From the IMG/VR virus record IMGVR_UViG_3300042897_000742, positions 29,872 through 93,871 of that record: a stretch of 64,000 nt of DNA; one strand, 5' to 3'. The translations under genes were made by a program, and so were the position numbers. Source of the stretch: a virus. Positions 28,120 through 38,319 of the stretch are shown here, one piece after another. The notes beneath the pieces were generated by a model. The model did no database searches, was not told where the DNA came from, and was given only the letters and a program-made list of their open reading frames with translations. Position 1 is the stretch's first letter. The number at the start of each line of letters is the position of its first letter.

Positions 28120-30144
28120 ATGGGCGAAATATATCCGGAAGATAATATAGAAAGAGAACCAATCAGACAGCAAAAGATGAAAAAACCATCTTTGCAGGTT
28201 CTAGAAGCATACGGGACAAATATCACTAAACTTGCCTTAGAAGGTAGGTTAGATCCTGTTGTTGGTAGAGAAGAAGAAATACTTAGAGTTATTCAAATAT
28301 TAGGAAGGCGTAGAAAGAATAATCCTGTACTTGTTGGAGAACCTGGTGTTGGTAAAACTGCAATCGTTGAAGGTTTGGCAATGAGAATGATTGAAGGTAA
28401 TGTACCTGCTTCATTACAAGGCAAAGTCATATATACATTAGAATTAACCACAATAGTTGCAGGTACAAAATACCGTGGGCAATTTGAAGAAAGAATGAAA
28501 GCCATCGTTGATGAATTGGTGGCTAATCCACATGTGATTATTTTTATTGATGAACTTCATACTCTTGTTGGTGCTGGTGGAACTTCAGGTTCTTTGGATG
28601 CATCTAACATTATTAAGCCTGCATTGGCTCGTGGAGAAATCCGATGTATCGGTGCAACTACATTTGATGAGTTCAGAGAAAATATTGAACAGGATGGCGC
28701 ATTAGATCGCAGATTCCAAAAGGTAGTTATTGAACCTGCCTCTACTGATGAAACAATTACAATCCTAACTAATATTAAACATAAGTATGAATCATTCCAT
28801 AATGTTTCATACACAGATGAAATTGTATCTCTAATTGTTAAATTGGCAGATCAGTATATCATGGAGAGATTCCTCCCAGATAAGGCTGTGGATATTTTGG
28901 ATGAGGTTGGTTCTTTTAAACATTTAAGTAATATGAAAGTTCCTAAAAAGATTAAAAGCTTAGAGGAAAAACTTCATAAAAAGGATGCAGATAAAAATGA
29001 AGCAGTAGGAAGACAGGATTATGAAGCTGCTGCTCGTGAACGAGATATCTGTATTCAACTTAAGGATCAAATTCAAAAAGAATATGCAATATGGAAAAAA
29101 GAAATTGCAGAAAACAGACTTGAGATAACAACTGATGATGTTCTTAAAGTGGTATCAAAAGGAACTGGTATTCCTTTAGAAAAAATTAATGATAAAGAAA
29201 ATAAAAATCTGATAGGTCTTAATTCCCACCTTGCTTCCAGGGTTATTGGACAAAGAGAAGCTATTGATAAAATCTCTATCACAATCCAAAGAAATCGTGT
29301 AGGGATTAGAAAGAGAGATCGCACAGTAGGTAACTTTATTTTCTTAGGACCAACTGGAGTTGGTAAAACTCAATTGGCTAAAGAAATTGCTAACTATATG
29401 TATAGTTCAGAAGACAGTCTTATCAGAATAGACATGTCAGAGTATATGGAGCCTCATTCTGTATCTAAATTAATTGGATCTCCTCCTGGATATGTTGGTC
29501 ACGAATCTGGTGGGTTTCTAACGGAGCAGGTAAAGAGAAAGCCACACTCTGTTATATTATTTGATGAAGTTGAAAAAGCTCATCCAGAGGTGTTTAATGT
29601 GCTCTTACAAATGTTAGATGATGGCCGTTTAACCGATTCTCTTGGTAGAACTATAGATTTTAGAAATTGTTTGGTAATCTTAACATCAAATACAGGAAGC
29701 CGTAAACTTGAGGAATTTGGTGATGGGATTGGATTCCGACCATCCACTACAATTGCTGAAAAGTCTCATGCCGAAAAGGAGGTTTTAAAGAAGGCTCTTA
29801 ATCATAAATTTTCACCGGAATTCTTAAACAGAATTGATGAAATCATTATCTTTAATAAGTTAAGTAAGGATGACGTATTTTATATTTTGAATAATGAATG
29901 TAATGAACTCAGGGATAACCTATTTGAAGTTGGTGAATATGATTTTAAGATAACCAAAGCTGCAAAGGAGATAATCATTAATGAAGGTTATGATCCTAAG
30001 TTTGGGGCTCGTCCATTAAAGAGAACATTAGAAAGACTAATTGAAAATCCTATCGCCGAAATGATTCTTAAAGGCGAATTAAAACCAGGCGATACAATTA
30101 AAGTTGGTGTAGCCAAAGAATTAATAAAGATTGAAAAAGGTTAA
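28120..30144 (+). CDS. clpC: ClpC-like AAA+ unfoldase lacking the N-terminal Clp-repeat domain
   Basis: Two AAA modules (GEPGVGKT, GPTGVGKT), UVR-like middle region, IGF loop and GARPL. Confidence 0.85.
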   Translation: MGEIYPEDNIEREPIRQQKMKKPSLQVLEAYGTNITKLALEGRLDPVVGREEEILRVIQILGRRRKNNPVLVGEPGVGKTAIVEGLAMRMIEGNVPASLQGKVIYTLELTTIVAGTKYRGQFEERMKAIVDELVANPHVIIFIDELHTLVGAGGTSGSLDASNIIKPALARGEIRCIGATTFDEFRENIEQDGALDRRFQKVVIEPASTDETITILTNIKHKYESFHNVSYTDEIVSLIVKLADQYIMERFLPDKAVDILDEVGSFKHLSNMKVPKKIKSLEEKLHKKDADKNEAVGRQDYEAAARERDICIQLKDQIQKEYAIWKKEIAENRLEITTDDVLKVVSKGTGIPLEKINDKENKNLIGLNSHLASRVIGQREAIDKISITIQRNRVGIRKRDRTVGNFIFLGPTGVGKTQLAKEIANYMYSSEDSLIRIDMSEYMEPHSVSKLIGSPPGYVGHESGGFLTEQVKRKPHSVILFDEVEKAHPEVFNVLLQMLDDGRLTDSLGRTIDFRNCLVILTSNTGSRKLEEFGDGIGFRPSTTIAEKSHAEKEVLKKALNHKFSPEFLNRIDEIIIFNKLSKDDVFYILNNECNELRDNLFEVGEYDFKITKAAKEIIINEGYDPKFGARPLKRTLERLIENPIAEMILKGELKPGDTIKVGVAKELIKIEKG

Positions 30145-30197
30145 ACCTTTTAAGTATCTTGCATATAAAAATAAATGAATATTTTATCCATTAATAA

Positions 30198-31250
30198 ATG
30201 AATCCAACATATCTTACATACGACGATATTCAACTCGTCCCCAAGTTTTCAAATATTAAATCAAGAAATCAAATATCTTTACGAACCAAATTGAGTAAAA
30301 GATATGATCTTCTTATTCCTATCGTGGCATCACCTATGGATACCGTCTGTGAAGTTGAAATGGCAGTAAAAATGTTTCGTATGGGTGGTGTTGGATGTAT
30401 TCATAGATTTAATTCTATAGATGAACAGGTTATGATGGTTAGAAAAACTGTTTATCAATGCTTTGGTGAAAACGGGGAAGGGCACCTAATGACAGACTGG
30501 ACTAATGAAGATAACATTCCTATTATGGCTGCAATTGGTGTTAGTGAAAATGATAAGGAAAGAGCCTTAAAACTTACTGATGCTGGTGCCAATGTTCTCT
30601 TAATAGATGTTGCACATGGTGATCACCAAAATGTAATTGACATGGTTAAGTGGTGTAAAGATAACCTACATTATAGTGTTGATATCATTGCAGGAAACAT
30701 TGCGACGGTCGATGCTGCTGAAAGATTACAAGATGCAGGCGCAGATGGTTTAAGAGTTGGAATTGGTGGCGGATCGCTTTGTACAACAAGAATTAAGACA
30801 GGTTTTGGTATTCCTAATGTAACGTGTATTGAAGATATTGCAGCAGTTTCATCAGTACCGATCATGGCTGATGGAGGTATTCGTGAGAGCGGTGATATTG
30901 CAAAAGCATTGGCCGTAGGTGCAGATAATGTTATGCTAGGATCTCTTATTGCTGGTACTGATGAATCACCTGGTAATATTATTGAAAGCAGAAAAGGATT
31001 GTATAAAAGATATAGAGGATCTGCATCGTTAGAAACAAAATCGGCGCATGGTCAAGAGCAAAGAAATGTTGAAGGCGAATCAACGATTATCCCGTATAAG
31101 GGTGGAGTTAGATTTATTGTTAAGGGATTACTTGAAGGTATTCGTTCTGCTTTTTCGTATGCAGGTGCTGACTCAATTAAAACATATCACCCGGATTATG
31201 TTATTGTAACTAACTCTGGTATTAATGAAGCAAAACCACATCTATTATGA
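30198..31250 (+). CDS. guaB: IMP dehydrogenase / GMP reductase family protein (no CBS domains)
   Basis: SPMDTV, IDVAHG, GIGGGSLCTTR, ADGGI and VEGES. Confidence 0.85.
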   Translation: MNPTYLTYDDIQLVPKFSNIKSRNQISLRTKLSKRYDLLIPIVASPMDTVCEVEMAVKMFRMGGVGCIHRFNSIDEQVMMVRKTVYQCFGENGEGHLMTDWTNEDNIPIMAAIGVSENDKERALKLTDAGANVLLIDVAHGDHQNVIDMVKWCKDNLHYSVDIIAGNIATVDAAERLQDAGADGLRVGIGGGSLCTTRIKTGFGIPNVTCIEDIAAVSSVPIMADGGIRESGDIAKALAVGADNVMLGSLIAGTDESPGNIIESRKGLYKRYRGSASLETKSAHGQEQRNVEGESTIIPYKGGVRFIVKGLLEGIRSAFSYAGADSIKTYHPDYVIVTNSGINEAKPHLL

Positions 31251-31528
31251 ATTTAATTCAACGCATTACTTCAACCAAAGAAAATACTCTAAGTGTTAAT
31301 CTTGATGATCAATTTATTACTGTTCATCATTTAGGCTTATATGAAGATAAAAGGTGGTATTCGTGGTCAACGTGGAGTCCAACCGAAGGTCCTATTCCAG
31401 ATTATGATAGCCAACTTGTAACAGAAGAAGAAATCATACAAAGAATTGAACTACTTTCTGGCGATGACGAATTGGATTCTGTACAAAAACATGCAATTAA
31501 TGTATTTTTTGGAAAATCGGTACTATGA
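31247..31528 (+). CDS. Hypothetical protein
   Basis: Coupled ORF. Confidence 0.6.
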   Translation: MNLIQRITSTKENTLSVNLDDQFITVHHLGLYEDKRWYSWSTWSPTEGPIPDYDSQLVTEEEIIQRIELLSGDDELDSVQKHAINVFFGKSVL

Positions 31529-31764
31529 GTCATTTTAGAAATAAATTAGATTCCTTTCATTATCATGAAGCTTTGGACAGAACTGCTATGATATGTGATA
31601 TGATAGATACATTTTTAATACAACACCCAGCGAGTAAAGCAGAAAAACAATTTGCTGAAAAATTAGAAGATGCAAGTATCAAATTATTTGAAGCTTATCA
31701 AATAATAGGAAGTATTTGTCATAATAAAGAAAATGAATATGATAACAAACCCAAGACCAAATAA
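31525..31764 (+). CDS. Hypothetical protein
   Basis: Coupled ORF with FHYHEALDR motif. Confidence 0.65.
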   Translation: MSHFRNKLDSFHYHEALDRTAMICDMIDTFLIQHPASKAEKQFAEKLEDASIKLFEAYQIIGSICHNKENEYDNKPKTK

Positions 31765-33607
31765 AATTGTAAAAATGACAGAAGAAGAATTTTTAGCTGC
31801 TGCAGGTTTAACTGAAAGAAACCCAACAAAACCTGGAATAGCACTAGGATTTTCGGTTGGGCATGATAAAGGAGCAGTACTTATTATAAACGGTAAAATC
31901 TCGGTTGGTATTTCTGAGGAAAGATTATCAAGACTTAAACATGATAAACCTTGGGATCATTCAATACCTTTAGCATCAATTAATTATTGCTTAGATTATG
32001 CAGGAATTAGTTATGATGATGTTGATATGTATTGTTATAATACGGCCGAGGTCGGAAAGCAACCTATTCTTGATATTGAAAATGAATTTCAGTTTTTACT
32101 AAGACAACCTTTAAGTAAATTAAAATTCTTAAATCACCACGAGGCACATGCATTTTCAACTTTCTTTAGTTCTGGTTTAAAAGAAGCCTCCGTTGTGGTT
32201 GCTGATGCAAATGGAAACGGAATTATTCCTGATACTCCTGCTTATGAAGGGTTTGCAAAGAACAATCCAGAGTATCTAAATAATGCCCCTAAGAATAGAT
32301 TTTGGGCAGAAGGTACATCAATTTATCATTTTACTTTAGATGGGTTTAAAGAATTAGAAAAAGACTTCGTTCTTCAACCGCACCCACCTCTTAATGATTT
32401 TAATAACAAAGAAAGATTTAATATTGGGCATGTTTATGCATATGCCACAATGAAACTTGTTTATAAGTATAATGAAAAAGATCCTAATAATAATTGGCCT
32501 GCATCAAGTGCAGGTAAGCTTATGGGATTGGCTTCATTTGGGAATAAAGGCTGGGTAGATACACAACCTTATCTTTGTGATTATGATGATGTTAATCATA
32601 CTTTTACAAATGAAGCTGGCAAAATCTATAAGGCATATCCAGGCGTAAGTATAGATTCAAACTTTGCAGAAAAAGCAAACATAGCAGCGGTATTTCAACG
32701 TGAACAAGAAAGAATGTGTCTTACTGTAGCCAAAAGAGCTAAAAAGTTATCAGGATCTAAAAACATCTGTTTATCTGGTGGTTCATTCCTAAACTGTAAT
32801 TCAAATGAACTTATCATTAAGAGCGGTGAATTTGATAATTGTTATTTTGTACCGCCGGCAGACGACAGCGGTATTCCTTTAGGGTGTGCATGGTATGCAT
32901 ATCAACAAGTTATGAAAATAACAGATAACTATTTTCTTTCACCTTACTTAGGAAAGACATATACCACTCTTGAAATAGAGAGAGACTTCCAAAAATTTGT
33001 TAAAGAAGATCCTACTAGGATTAATCATTTTACTGTTTTTGATCATACCGATGAAGATGTATTAATTACTCATCTTACAGACCTATTAAATTCAAATAAA
33101 GTTATAGGTATGCATAGAGAAGGATCCGAGATTGGTCCTCGTGCATTAGGTAATCGTTCTATTTTAGCATCTCCGATTAAACCTTGGATGCAGAACTATG
33201 TAAATATGCATATTAAAAGTAGAGAATGGTTTAGACCTTTTGCACCTTCTGTATTAGCAGAACGAGTTTTAGATATTTTTGATATTACTGAATTCTCTCC
33301 TTACATGCTTATTACATGTAATGTTAAAGAAAGGTGGAGATCTCGCATACCTGCGGTTGTTCATACCGATAATACTTCAAGAATACAAGCAGTAAGAAGT
33401 GATATTAATCCATTCTATCATAAGCTCATAACTAAATTTGAACAGTGGACTGGTGTTCCTGTAATTCTAAATACATCGTTTAATGGAGCGCATGAACCTA
33501 TGGTTGAAACACCATACGATGCATTAAAAACTTTTTGGACTTGCAATCTTGACGCTGTATGTATTGGTAATAAACTAATAATTAGGAATTCATACTTTAA
33601 TAGGTAA
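31733..33607 (+). CDS. O-carbamoyltransferase (NodU/CmcH/TobZ family)
   Basis: HD, EERLSRLKH, HHEAHA, GKLMGLA, GPRALGNRSIL, REWFRPFAP and NTSFN. Confidence 0.92.
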   Translation: MNMITNPRPNKIVKMTEEEFLAAAGLTERNPTKPGIALGFSVGHDKGAVLIINGKISVGISEERLSRLKHDKPWDHSIPLASINYCLDYAGISYDDVDMYCYNTAEVGKQPILDIENEFQFLLRQPLSKLKFLNHHEAHAFSTFFSSGLKEASVVVADANGNGIIPDTPAYEGFAKNNPEYLNNAPKNRFWAEGTSIYHFTLDGFKELEKDFVLQPHPPLNDFNNKERFNIGHVYAYATMKLVYKYNEKDPNNNWPASSAGKLMGLASFGNKGWVDTQPYLCDYDDVNHTFTNEAGKIYKAYPGVSIDSNFAEKANIAAVFQREQERMCLTVAKRAKKLSGSKNICLSGGSFLNCNSNELIIKSGEFDNCYFVPPADDSGIPLGCAWYAYQQVMKITDNYFLSPYLGKTYTTLEIERDFQKFVKEDPTRINHFTVFDHTDEDVLITHLTDLLNSNKVIGMHREGSEIGPRALGNRSILASPIKPWMQNYVNMHIKSREWFRPFAPSVLAERVLDIFDITEFSPYMLITCNVKERWRSRIPAVVHTDNTSRIQAVRSDINPFYHKLITKFEQWTGVPVILNTSFNGAHEPMVETPYDALKTFWTCNLDAVCIGNKLIIRNSYFNR

Positions 33608-33798
33608 TGAAGAGGTTTATTGAATTCACTCTTATTTGGATAAGTCAAAATATGGCCATACCTTTTTGGATGGTCGGTCATATTCATTTAATGACTTCCG
33701 TTTATGAAGATATTCATGAAATCATAATGAGCGTAGGTATGAATATAGTTGTAGCAATAGGATTTTACTTAGATTGGAAAAAGAATAAAAATGAATAA
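33607..33798 (+). CDS. Small membrane protein
   Basis: Two hydrophobic segments. Confidence 0.6.
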   Translation: MKRFIEFTLIWISQNMAIPFWMVGHIHLMTSVYEDIHEIIMSVGMNIVVAIGFYLDWKKNKNE

Positions 33799-34897
33799 TT
33801 TAGATAAGCAATATCAAGATCTTCTTAAAACGATAATAGAACATGGAGTTGTAAAAGAAGACCGAACTAGTGTAGGCACCAAGTCAATTTTTGGTTATAC
33901 TATTCGTCATAACATGGCGGATGGGTTTCCTCTTTTAACCACAAAGAAAATGTATTGGAAGGGAATTGTAACAGAGCTTATTTGGTTCCTTCGTGGTGAT
34001 ACTAATATTAAGTTCTTGGTGGATAATGACTGTAATATTTGGAACGGCGATGCATATAAAGGATATGAAAAGGAATGTATTGTACATGGTGTAGATCCAA
34101 TGTCGATGGAACATTTTATCCAAGGAATTAAGAACTGTAAAGATGATCGAGATTGGATCGAGAAGATTAAAAATCCTGCTACTCATTTTATTCCAGATTT
34201 AACAGGTTACCAACTCGGAGATTTAGGTCCTGTTTATGGAAAGCAATGGAGACAATGGCAAGGTTGGTTGGTTAAAGATGGTATGGCTACAGGTTCACTT
34301 TGGTATGATCAGATTCGTCGTCTTCTTAATGATCTTACCACTAATCCAGATTCTAGACGATTAATGGTTAACTCATGGAATGTTGCAGAAATTGATCAAA
34401 TGGTACTTCCACCATGTCATTATGGATTTCAAGTTTATACAAGACCAACTACACGTGAAGAGAAGATTGTTAATCCTGGAAAATACAGAGCAATTTCTCT
34501 AATGTGGAATCAACGTTCAGTAGATACATTCTTAGGTTTACCATTCAATATAGCATCTTATGGTTTATTATTGGAAATCCTTGCAAAATTAGTGAACATG
34601 GTACCTGATCAATTAATAGGTAATCTTGGAGATACACATCTCTATCTAAATCATATTGAAGCAGCAGAAAAACAAATTGCCAGAGAACCTTTTGAATTAC
34701 CTAAACTGAACATTAATACCGAATGGTGGCCTACTGTTACTGGTGAATGTGGAGAAGGGCCGATTAGTTGGCAATCATTTATGGATGGATTAAGTAAATT
34801 TAGTAGCGATGCATTCTGTAAATGTTTAATTGAAGATGATATTCAACTTGGTAAGTATAAGCATCAGCCAGGAATCAAAGCACCGTTAAATAATTAA
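33791..34897 (+). CDS. thyA: Thymidylate synthase (canonical)
   Basis: FPLLTTKK, LGPVYGKQWR, LPPCH and QRSVDTFLGLPFN (Asn at the specificity position). Confidence 0.95.
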   Translation: MNNLDKQYQDLLKTIIEHGVVKEDRTSVGTKSIFGYTIRHNMADGFPLLTTKKMYWKGIVTELIWFLRGDTNIKFLVDNDCNIWNGDAYKGYEKECIVHGVDPMSMEHFIQGIKNCKDDRDWIEKIKNPATHFIPDLTGYQLGDLGPVYGKQWRQWQGWLVKDGMATGSLWYDQIRRLLNDLTTNPDSRRLMVNSWNVAEIDQMVLPPCHYGFQVYTRPTTREEKIVNPGKYRAISLMWNQRSVDTFLGLPFNIASYGLLLEILAKLVNMVPDQLIGNLGDTHLYLNHIEAAEKQIAREPFELPKLNINTEWWPTVTGECGEGPISWQSFMDGLSKFSSDAFCKCLIEDDIQLGKYKHQPGIKAPLNN

Positions 34898-34898
34898 T

Positions 34899-35876
34899 AT
34901 GAGACCAAATACACTGGGAATACATACTGTCTATACTCCAACTAATAGAAGAGGTACTACTAAGATTCATGATATGATGAGATTTGAATCAATTACAATG
35001 ATTCTTTCTTGTCTGTATTGGAAAAAATTTCAAGGACCTATAAAATTATATTGTGATAGCAATTTTTATGATTACATAAAGAAGTTAGGGTTACTTGGTC
35101 TATGGGATGAAATTGATACAAAGACAGTTACTGAAGGATTTGCAAAAGATGTAAATCATAATACCTTTTGGGCATATGCAAAAATGTATGTTAACTCATT
35201 ACAGAAAACTCCATTCGTTAGTGTTGATTTAGACTTATTTCAAAATGAACCGTATGATTATACTACTCATGATATCATATGCTCTCATATTGAACATTCT
35301 GATTTTATAAATGATAATGTACAAAACCGAACCAGGCCTGTCTATTATCCTAACTATTTTAATTGGGATATGTTTAAGGATAGGTTTGTAAAGTATCCTG
35401 ACTTAAGATTTGTAGATCATTCGTTAAATGTAGCAGTACTTGCCGTTAATAAACCAGAATTTTGTAAAGAAGTATTTGATATTGCAACTTCATTTGCTAA
35501 GAATAATAATTTTGATCCACAGGATGTCAATACGCATGGGTTTGAAAGATATGCATATACGATTCATTCATCTTCATTAATAACATTCATTGAACAGAGG
35601 GTTGCCGCAGCTGTTGCAAATACCATGGGTTATTCCGTAAAGTCTATAATGGATTTGGAATATGATGCAGGTATACAGGGATGGATTGGTGATTCATCAA
35701 AAATGAAAAATCCTGGTATTACTCATCTTTGGGGATGGAAGGCTACTATGAAGTTTCCACAAAACGAAAAAAACAGAATTGATTTAACGAAAGAATTAGA
35801 CACACAGTTTTTTGAAAACTTTCCAAAAGAATATGAAAGGCATATGCCAACTATTCTAAAATATTGCAATGAATAA
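34899..35876 (+). CDS. Glycosyltransferase-like protein (DUF6734-like)
   Basis: FWAYAK......PFVSVDLDL, EQR and THLWG. Confidence 0.6.
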   Translation: MRPNTLGIHTVYTPTNRRGTTKIHDMMRFESITMILSCLYWKKFQGPIKLYCDSNFYDYIKKLGLLGLWDEIDTKTVTEGFAKDVNHNTFWAYAKMYVNSLQKTPFVSVDLDLFQNEPYDYTTHDIICSHIEHSDFINDNVQNRTRPVYYPNYFNWDMFKDRFVKYPDLRFVDHSLNVAVLAVNKPEFCKEVFDIATSFAKNNNFDPQDVNTHGFERYAYTIHSSSLITFIEQRVAAAVANTMGYSVKSIMDLEYDAGIQGWIGDSSKMKNPGITHLWGWKATMKFPQNEKNRIDLTKELDTQFFENFPKEYERHMPTILKYCNE

Positions 35877-35914
35877 ACAAATTAGAAAAACTACATATAA
35901 AAATAAAATAAAGT

Positions 35915-36895
35915 ATGCATTCGTGTTCAATTGAAAAGGTAAAGTTTTATTTAGATGAAAATGAATACATTTCGTATGAATCCTACTTGTTAAGAGGATG
36001 GATCTTTGGTGAAGAGACTAAGATCGATGATTTACGATTAGTATCATTAGATAGAAAAACCGTTTATGATGCTATTATAAAGTATCCTATTTTAAGATCA
36101 GATGTTGGTACTGTGTATTCAGACTTTACTCCTAACTCAAGTAATTCAGGTTTTAGTATAACGTTCAAATCTGATATAGAAGGAGAGGTTATTCTCGAGG
36201 CAAAGATTAAAGGTAAATGGACATTGGTAGAAAAAATACCTCTTGCAGACTATCGGATTGTAACTAAAGGCCCTTTGACTAAAGTAAATGAAAACGCTCA
36301 CCCTGCTATAGTTGCAATAGATAATTTTTATGAGAACCCTGATATCATTCGTGAATTGGCATTAACTCTTGATTTTAATCCTAGCGGTTATCATAAAGGA
36401 AAGAGGACAGAACTAAAATACATAGTAGAAGGTACTCGTGAAAAAATAGAACAGGTTTTAGGTAAGAAGATCCGTAATTGGACAAGTCAACCGCATAATG
36501 CAGTATTTCAATATTGTACACCAGCAGATCCAATTGTTTATCATTATGATTCTCAAAGATTTGCTGCTGTTGTTTTTCTAACACCTGATGCACCGCCTGA
36601 AGCTGGTACATCATTCTATCGACATAGAAAAGAAACTTGGTTAGATAAAAATCCTGCAAAATATGGAGGATGGAAGAGTGAAGAAGAAATGAAAACCTTT
36701 GATAAAACAGTTATCGGCGGTGAACATGACGATTTCTTAGATCCATCTAAATGGGAAGAGGTCGATAGAATAGGAAACAAATATAACCGTTTTGCTATGT
36801 GGGATGCAAGCCTAATACATGCAGCCACATCTTATTTCGGTAAATCAAAAGAATCAGGAAGACTGTTCCACATGTTTTTCTTTGACGCATATTAA
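35915..36895 (+). CDS. 2OG-Fe(II) oxygenase-like protein (DUF6445-like) with extra N-terminal domain
   Basis: IDNFYENPD, HYD, GTSFY and YNR..M....IH...R. Confidence 0.7.
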   Translation: MHSCSIEKVKFYLDENEYISYESYLLRGWIFGEETKIDDLRLVSLDRKTVYDAIIKYPILRSDVGTVYSDFTPNSSNSGFSITFKSDIEGEVILEAKIKGKWTLVEKIPLADYRIVTKGPLTKVNENAHPAIVAIDNFYENPDIIRELALTLDFNPSGYHKGKRTELKYIVEGTREKIEQVLGKKIRNWTSQPHNAVFQYCTPADPIVYHYDSQRFAAVVFLTPDAPPEAGTSFYRHRKETWLDKNPAKYGGWKSEEEMKTFDKTVIGGEHDDFLDPSKWEEVDRIGNKYNRFAMWDASLIHAATSYFGKSKESGRLFHMFFFDAY

Positions 36896-36906
36896 TAAAA
36901 TAACTT

Positions 36907-38166
36907 ATGAAATTTAGTATTATAACGCCAACACATAGGCCAACCTATATCAATGAACTTTATCAATCAATAAAAGATCAAACACATAAAGACTGGGAAT
37001 GGATTCTTTATCTTAACGGATCTGTTATTAAGTCTGATCTATCTGATGAAATCATTAATGATAAAAAGGTAAAGATTTATATTGATAAGAAATGCGACTT
37101 AAGTCCTAATGTAGGTTACCAAAAGAATAAAGCATTCCATTTAGGTACTGGGGATGTATTGGTTGAAGTTGATCATGATGATATCTTATTACCTAATTGT
37201 TTAGAGGAATTAAATAAAGCATATAACGAAGACCCTGATGCTGGGTTTGTTTACAGTGATGATGCAATTCTTGGAGATAACACCATTCCTTTTAATCAAG
37301 CAATGGGATGGACTTACCGCGAGTTTGATTGGAAAGGCAAAAAGTTAATTGCACACGATGGATTCCCTGCAGATGGTGGAGCAATATCAATGATTTATTA
37401 TGCGCCTGATCATGTTAGGAGTTGGAGAGCAGACGTTTATCGCCAGATCGGTGGTCATGATGTAAATCTTTCTATTCTTGATGATCAGGATTTAATGATC
37501 AGAACATACCTAGTTACCAAATTTAAACATGTACCAAAGGTTCTTTACATTTACAGAGTTCATGGAGATAATACTTGGTTAGAAAGAAATAAAGCCATTC
37601 AAGATGGTACATGGCAAATGTTTAATCATTGGCAACAGAGATTGGCTGAACGTGATGCTGATCTTAGAGGGTTAAGAAAGATTGATATTGGTGGAGGTCT
37701 TTATCCAAAAGAAGGATACGAATCTGTTGATATTACAAACGGTGACATTACAGCTGACTTAAATCAAAAGTGGCCATTTAAAGATGGTGAGATTGGAGTA
37801 ATTAACGCTTCACATGTAATTGAACATCTTAAGGATAAGCATCATACTATGTCTGAATTACATAGGGTTCTTGCTGATGGCGCATGGGCATTTATTGAAG
37901 TACCTTCTACTGATGGAAGAGGAGCTTGGCAAGATCCAACACATGTAAGTTTTTGGAATCAAAATAGTTTCTGGTATTACACAAGACAACAGCAGATGGA
38001 TTACATCTACAATAAAGATATTAAATTTCAAGCCAGGGATCTACAAACGGCGTATCCTAATCAATTCTTTGCCGATAATAACATTTATGTAACAAGAGCA
38101 TGGTTAAGAGCGGTCAAGAGTAATGATAGGAAAAGATATCCTGGGGAATTATTATGTGACTTATGA
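36907..38166 (+). CDS. GT2 glycosyltransferase fused to a methyltransferase-like domain
   Basis: SIITPT and EVDHDD; C-terminal DIGGG, ASHVIEHL and GAWQDPTH. Confidence 0.85.
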   Translation: MKFSIITPTHRPTYINELYQSIKDQTHKDWEWILYLNGSVIKSDLSDEIINDKKVKIYIDKKCDLSPNVGYQKNKAFHLGTGDVLVEVDHDDILLPNCLEELNKAYNEDPDAGFVYSDDAILGDNTIPFNQAMGWTYREFDWKGKKLIAHDGFPADGGAISMIYYAPDHVRSWRADVYRQIGGHDVNLSILDDQDLMIRTYLVTKFKHVPKVLYIYRVHGDNTWLERNKAIQDGTWQMFNHWQQRLAERDADLRGLRKIDIGGGLYPKEGYESVDITNGDITADLNQKWPFKDGEIGVINASHVIEHLKDKHHTMSELHRVLADGAWAFIEVPSTDGRGAWQDPTHVSFWNQNSFWYYTRQQQMDYIYNKDIKFQARDLQTAYPNQFFADNNIYVTRAWLRAVKSNDRKRYPGELLCDL

Positions 38167-38270
38167 AAAAAGGTGGCTTCTTAGGAATATCTTGGGTAGG
38201 CTGGTTTTGGATTGCCGCAATGACAATCGGTATATCATTCTGGGTTTGGGTAATAAGATTGTTTTTCTAA
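38163..38270 (+). CDS. Tiny membrane peptide (35 aa)
   Basis: MKKGGFLGISWVGWFWIAAMTIGISFWVWVIRLFF; overlaps the previous stop codon. Confidence 0.5.
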   Translation: MKKGGFLGISWVGWFWIAAMTIGISFWVWVIRLFF

Positions 38271-38319
38271 AACTTTCAGATATGCCAAACCTTGTTTATA
38301 TTTAATTAAACAAAGAGTA

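Noticed and set aside
28120-30144. ClpB call
   Set aside because: The middle domain is short and UVR-like and an IGF loop is present, which fits ClpC rather than ClpB.
33791-34897. Intron or intein in thyA
   Set aside because: The extra ~50 aa is an in-frame insertion with no intein termini or homing endonuclease, and the frame is continuous.
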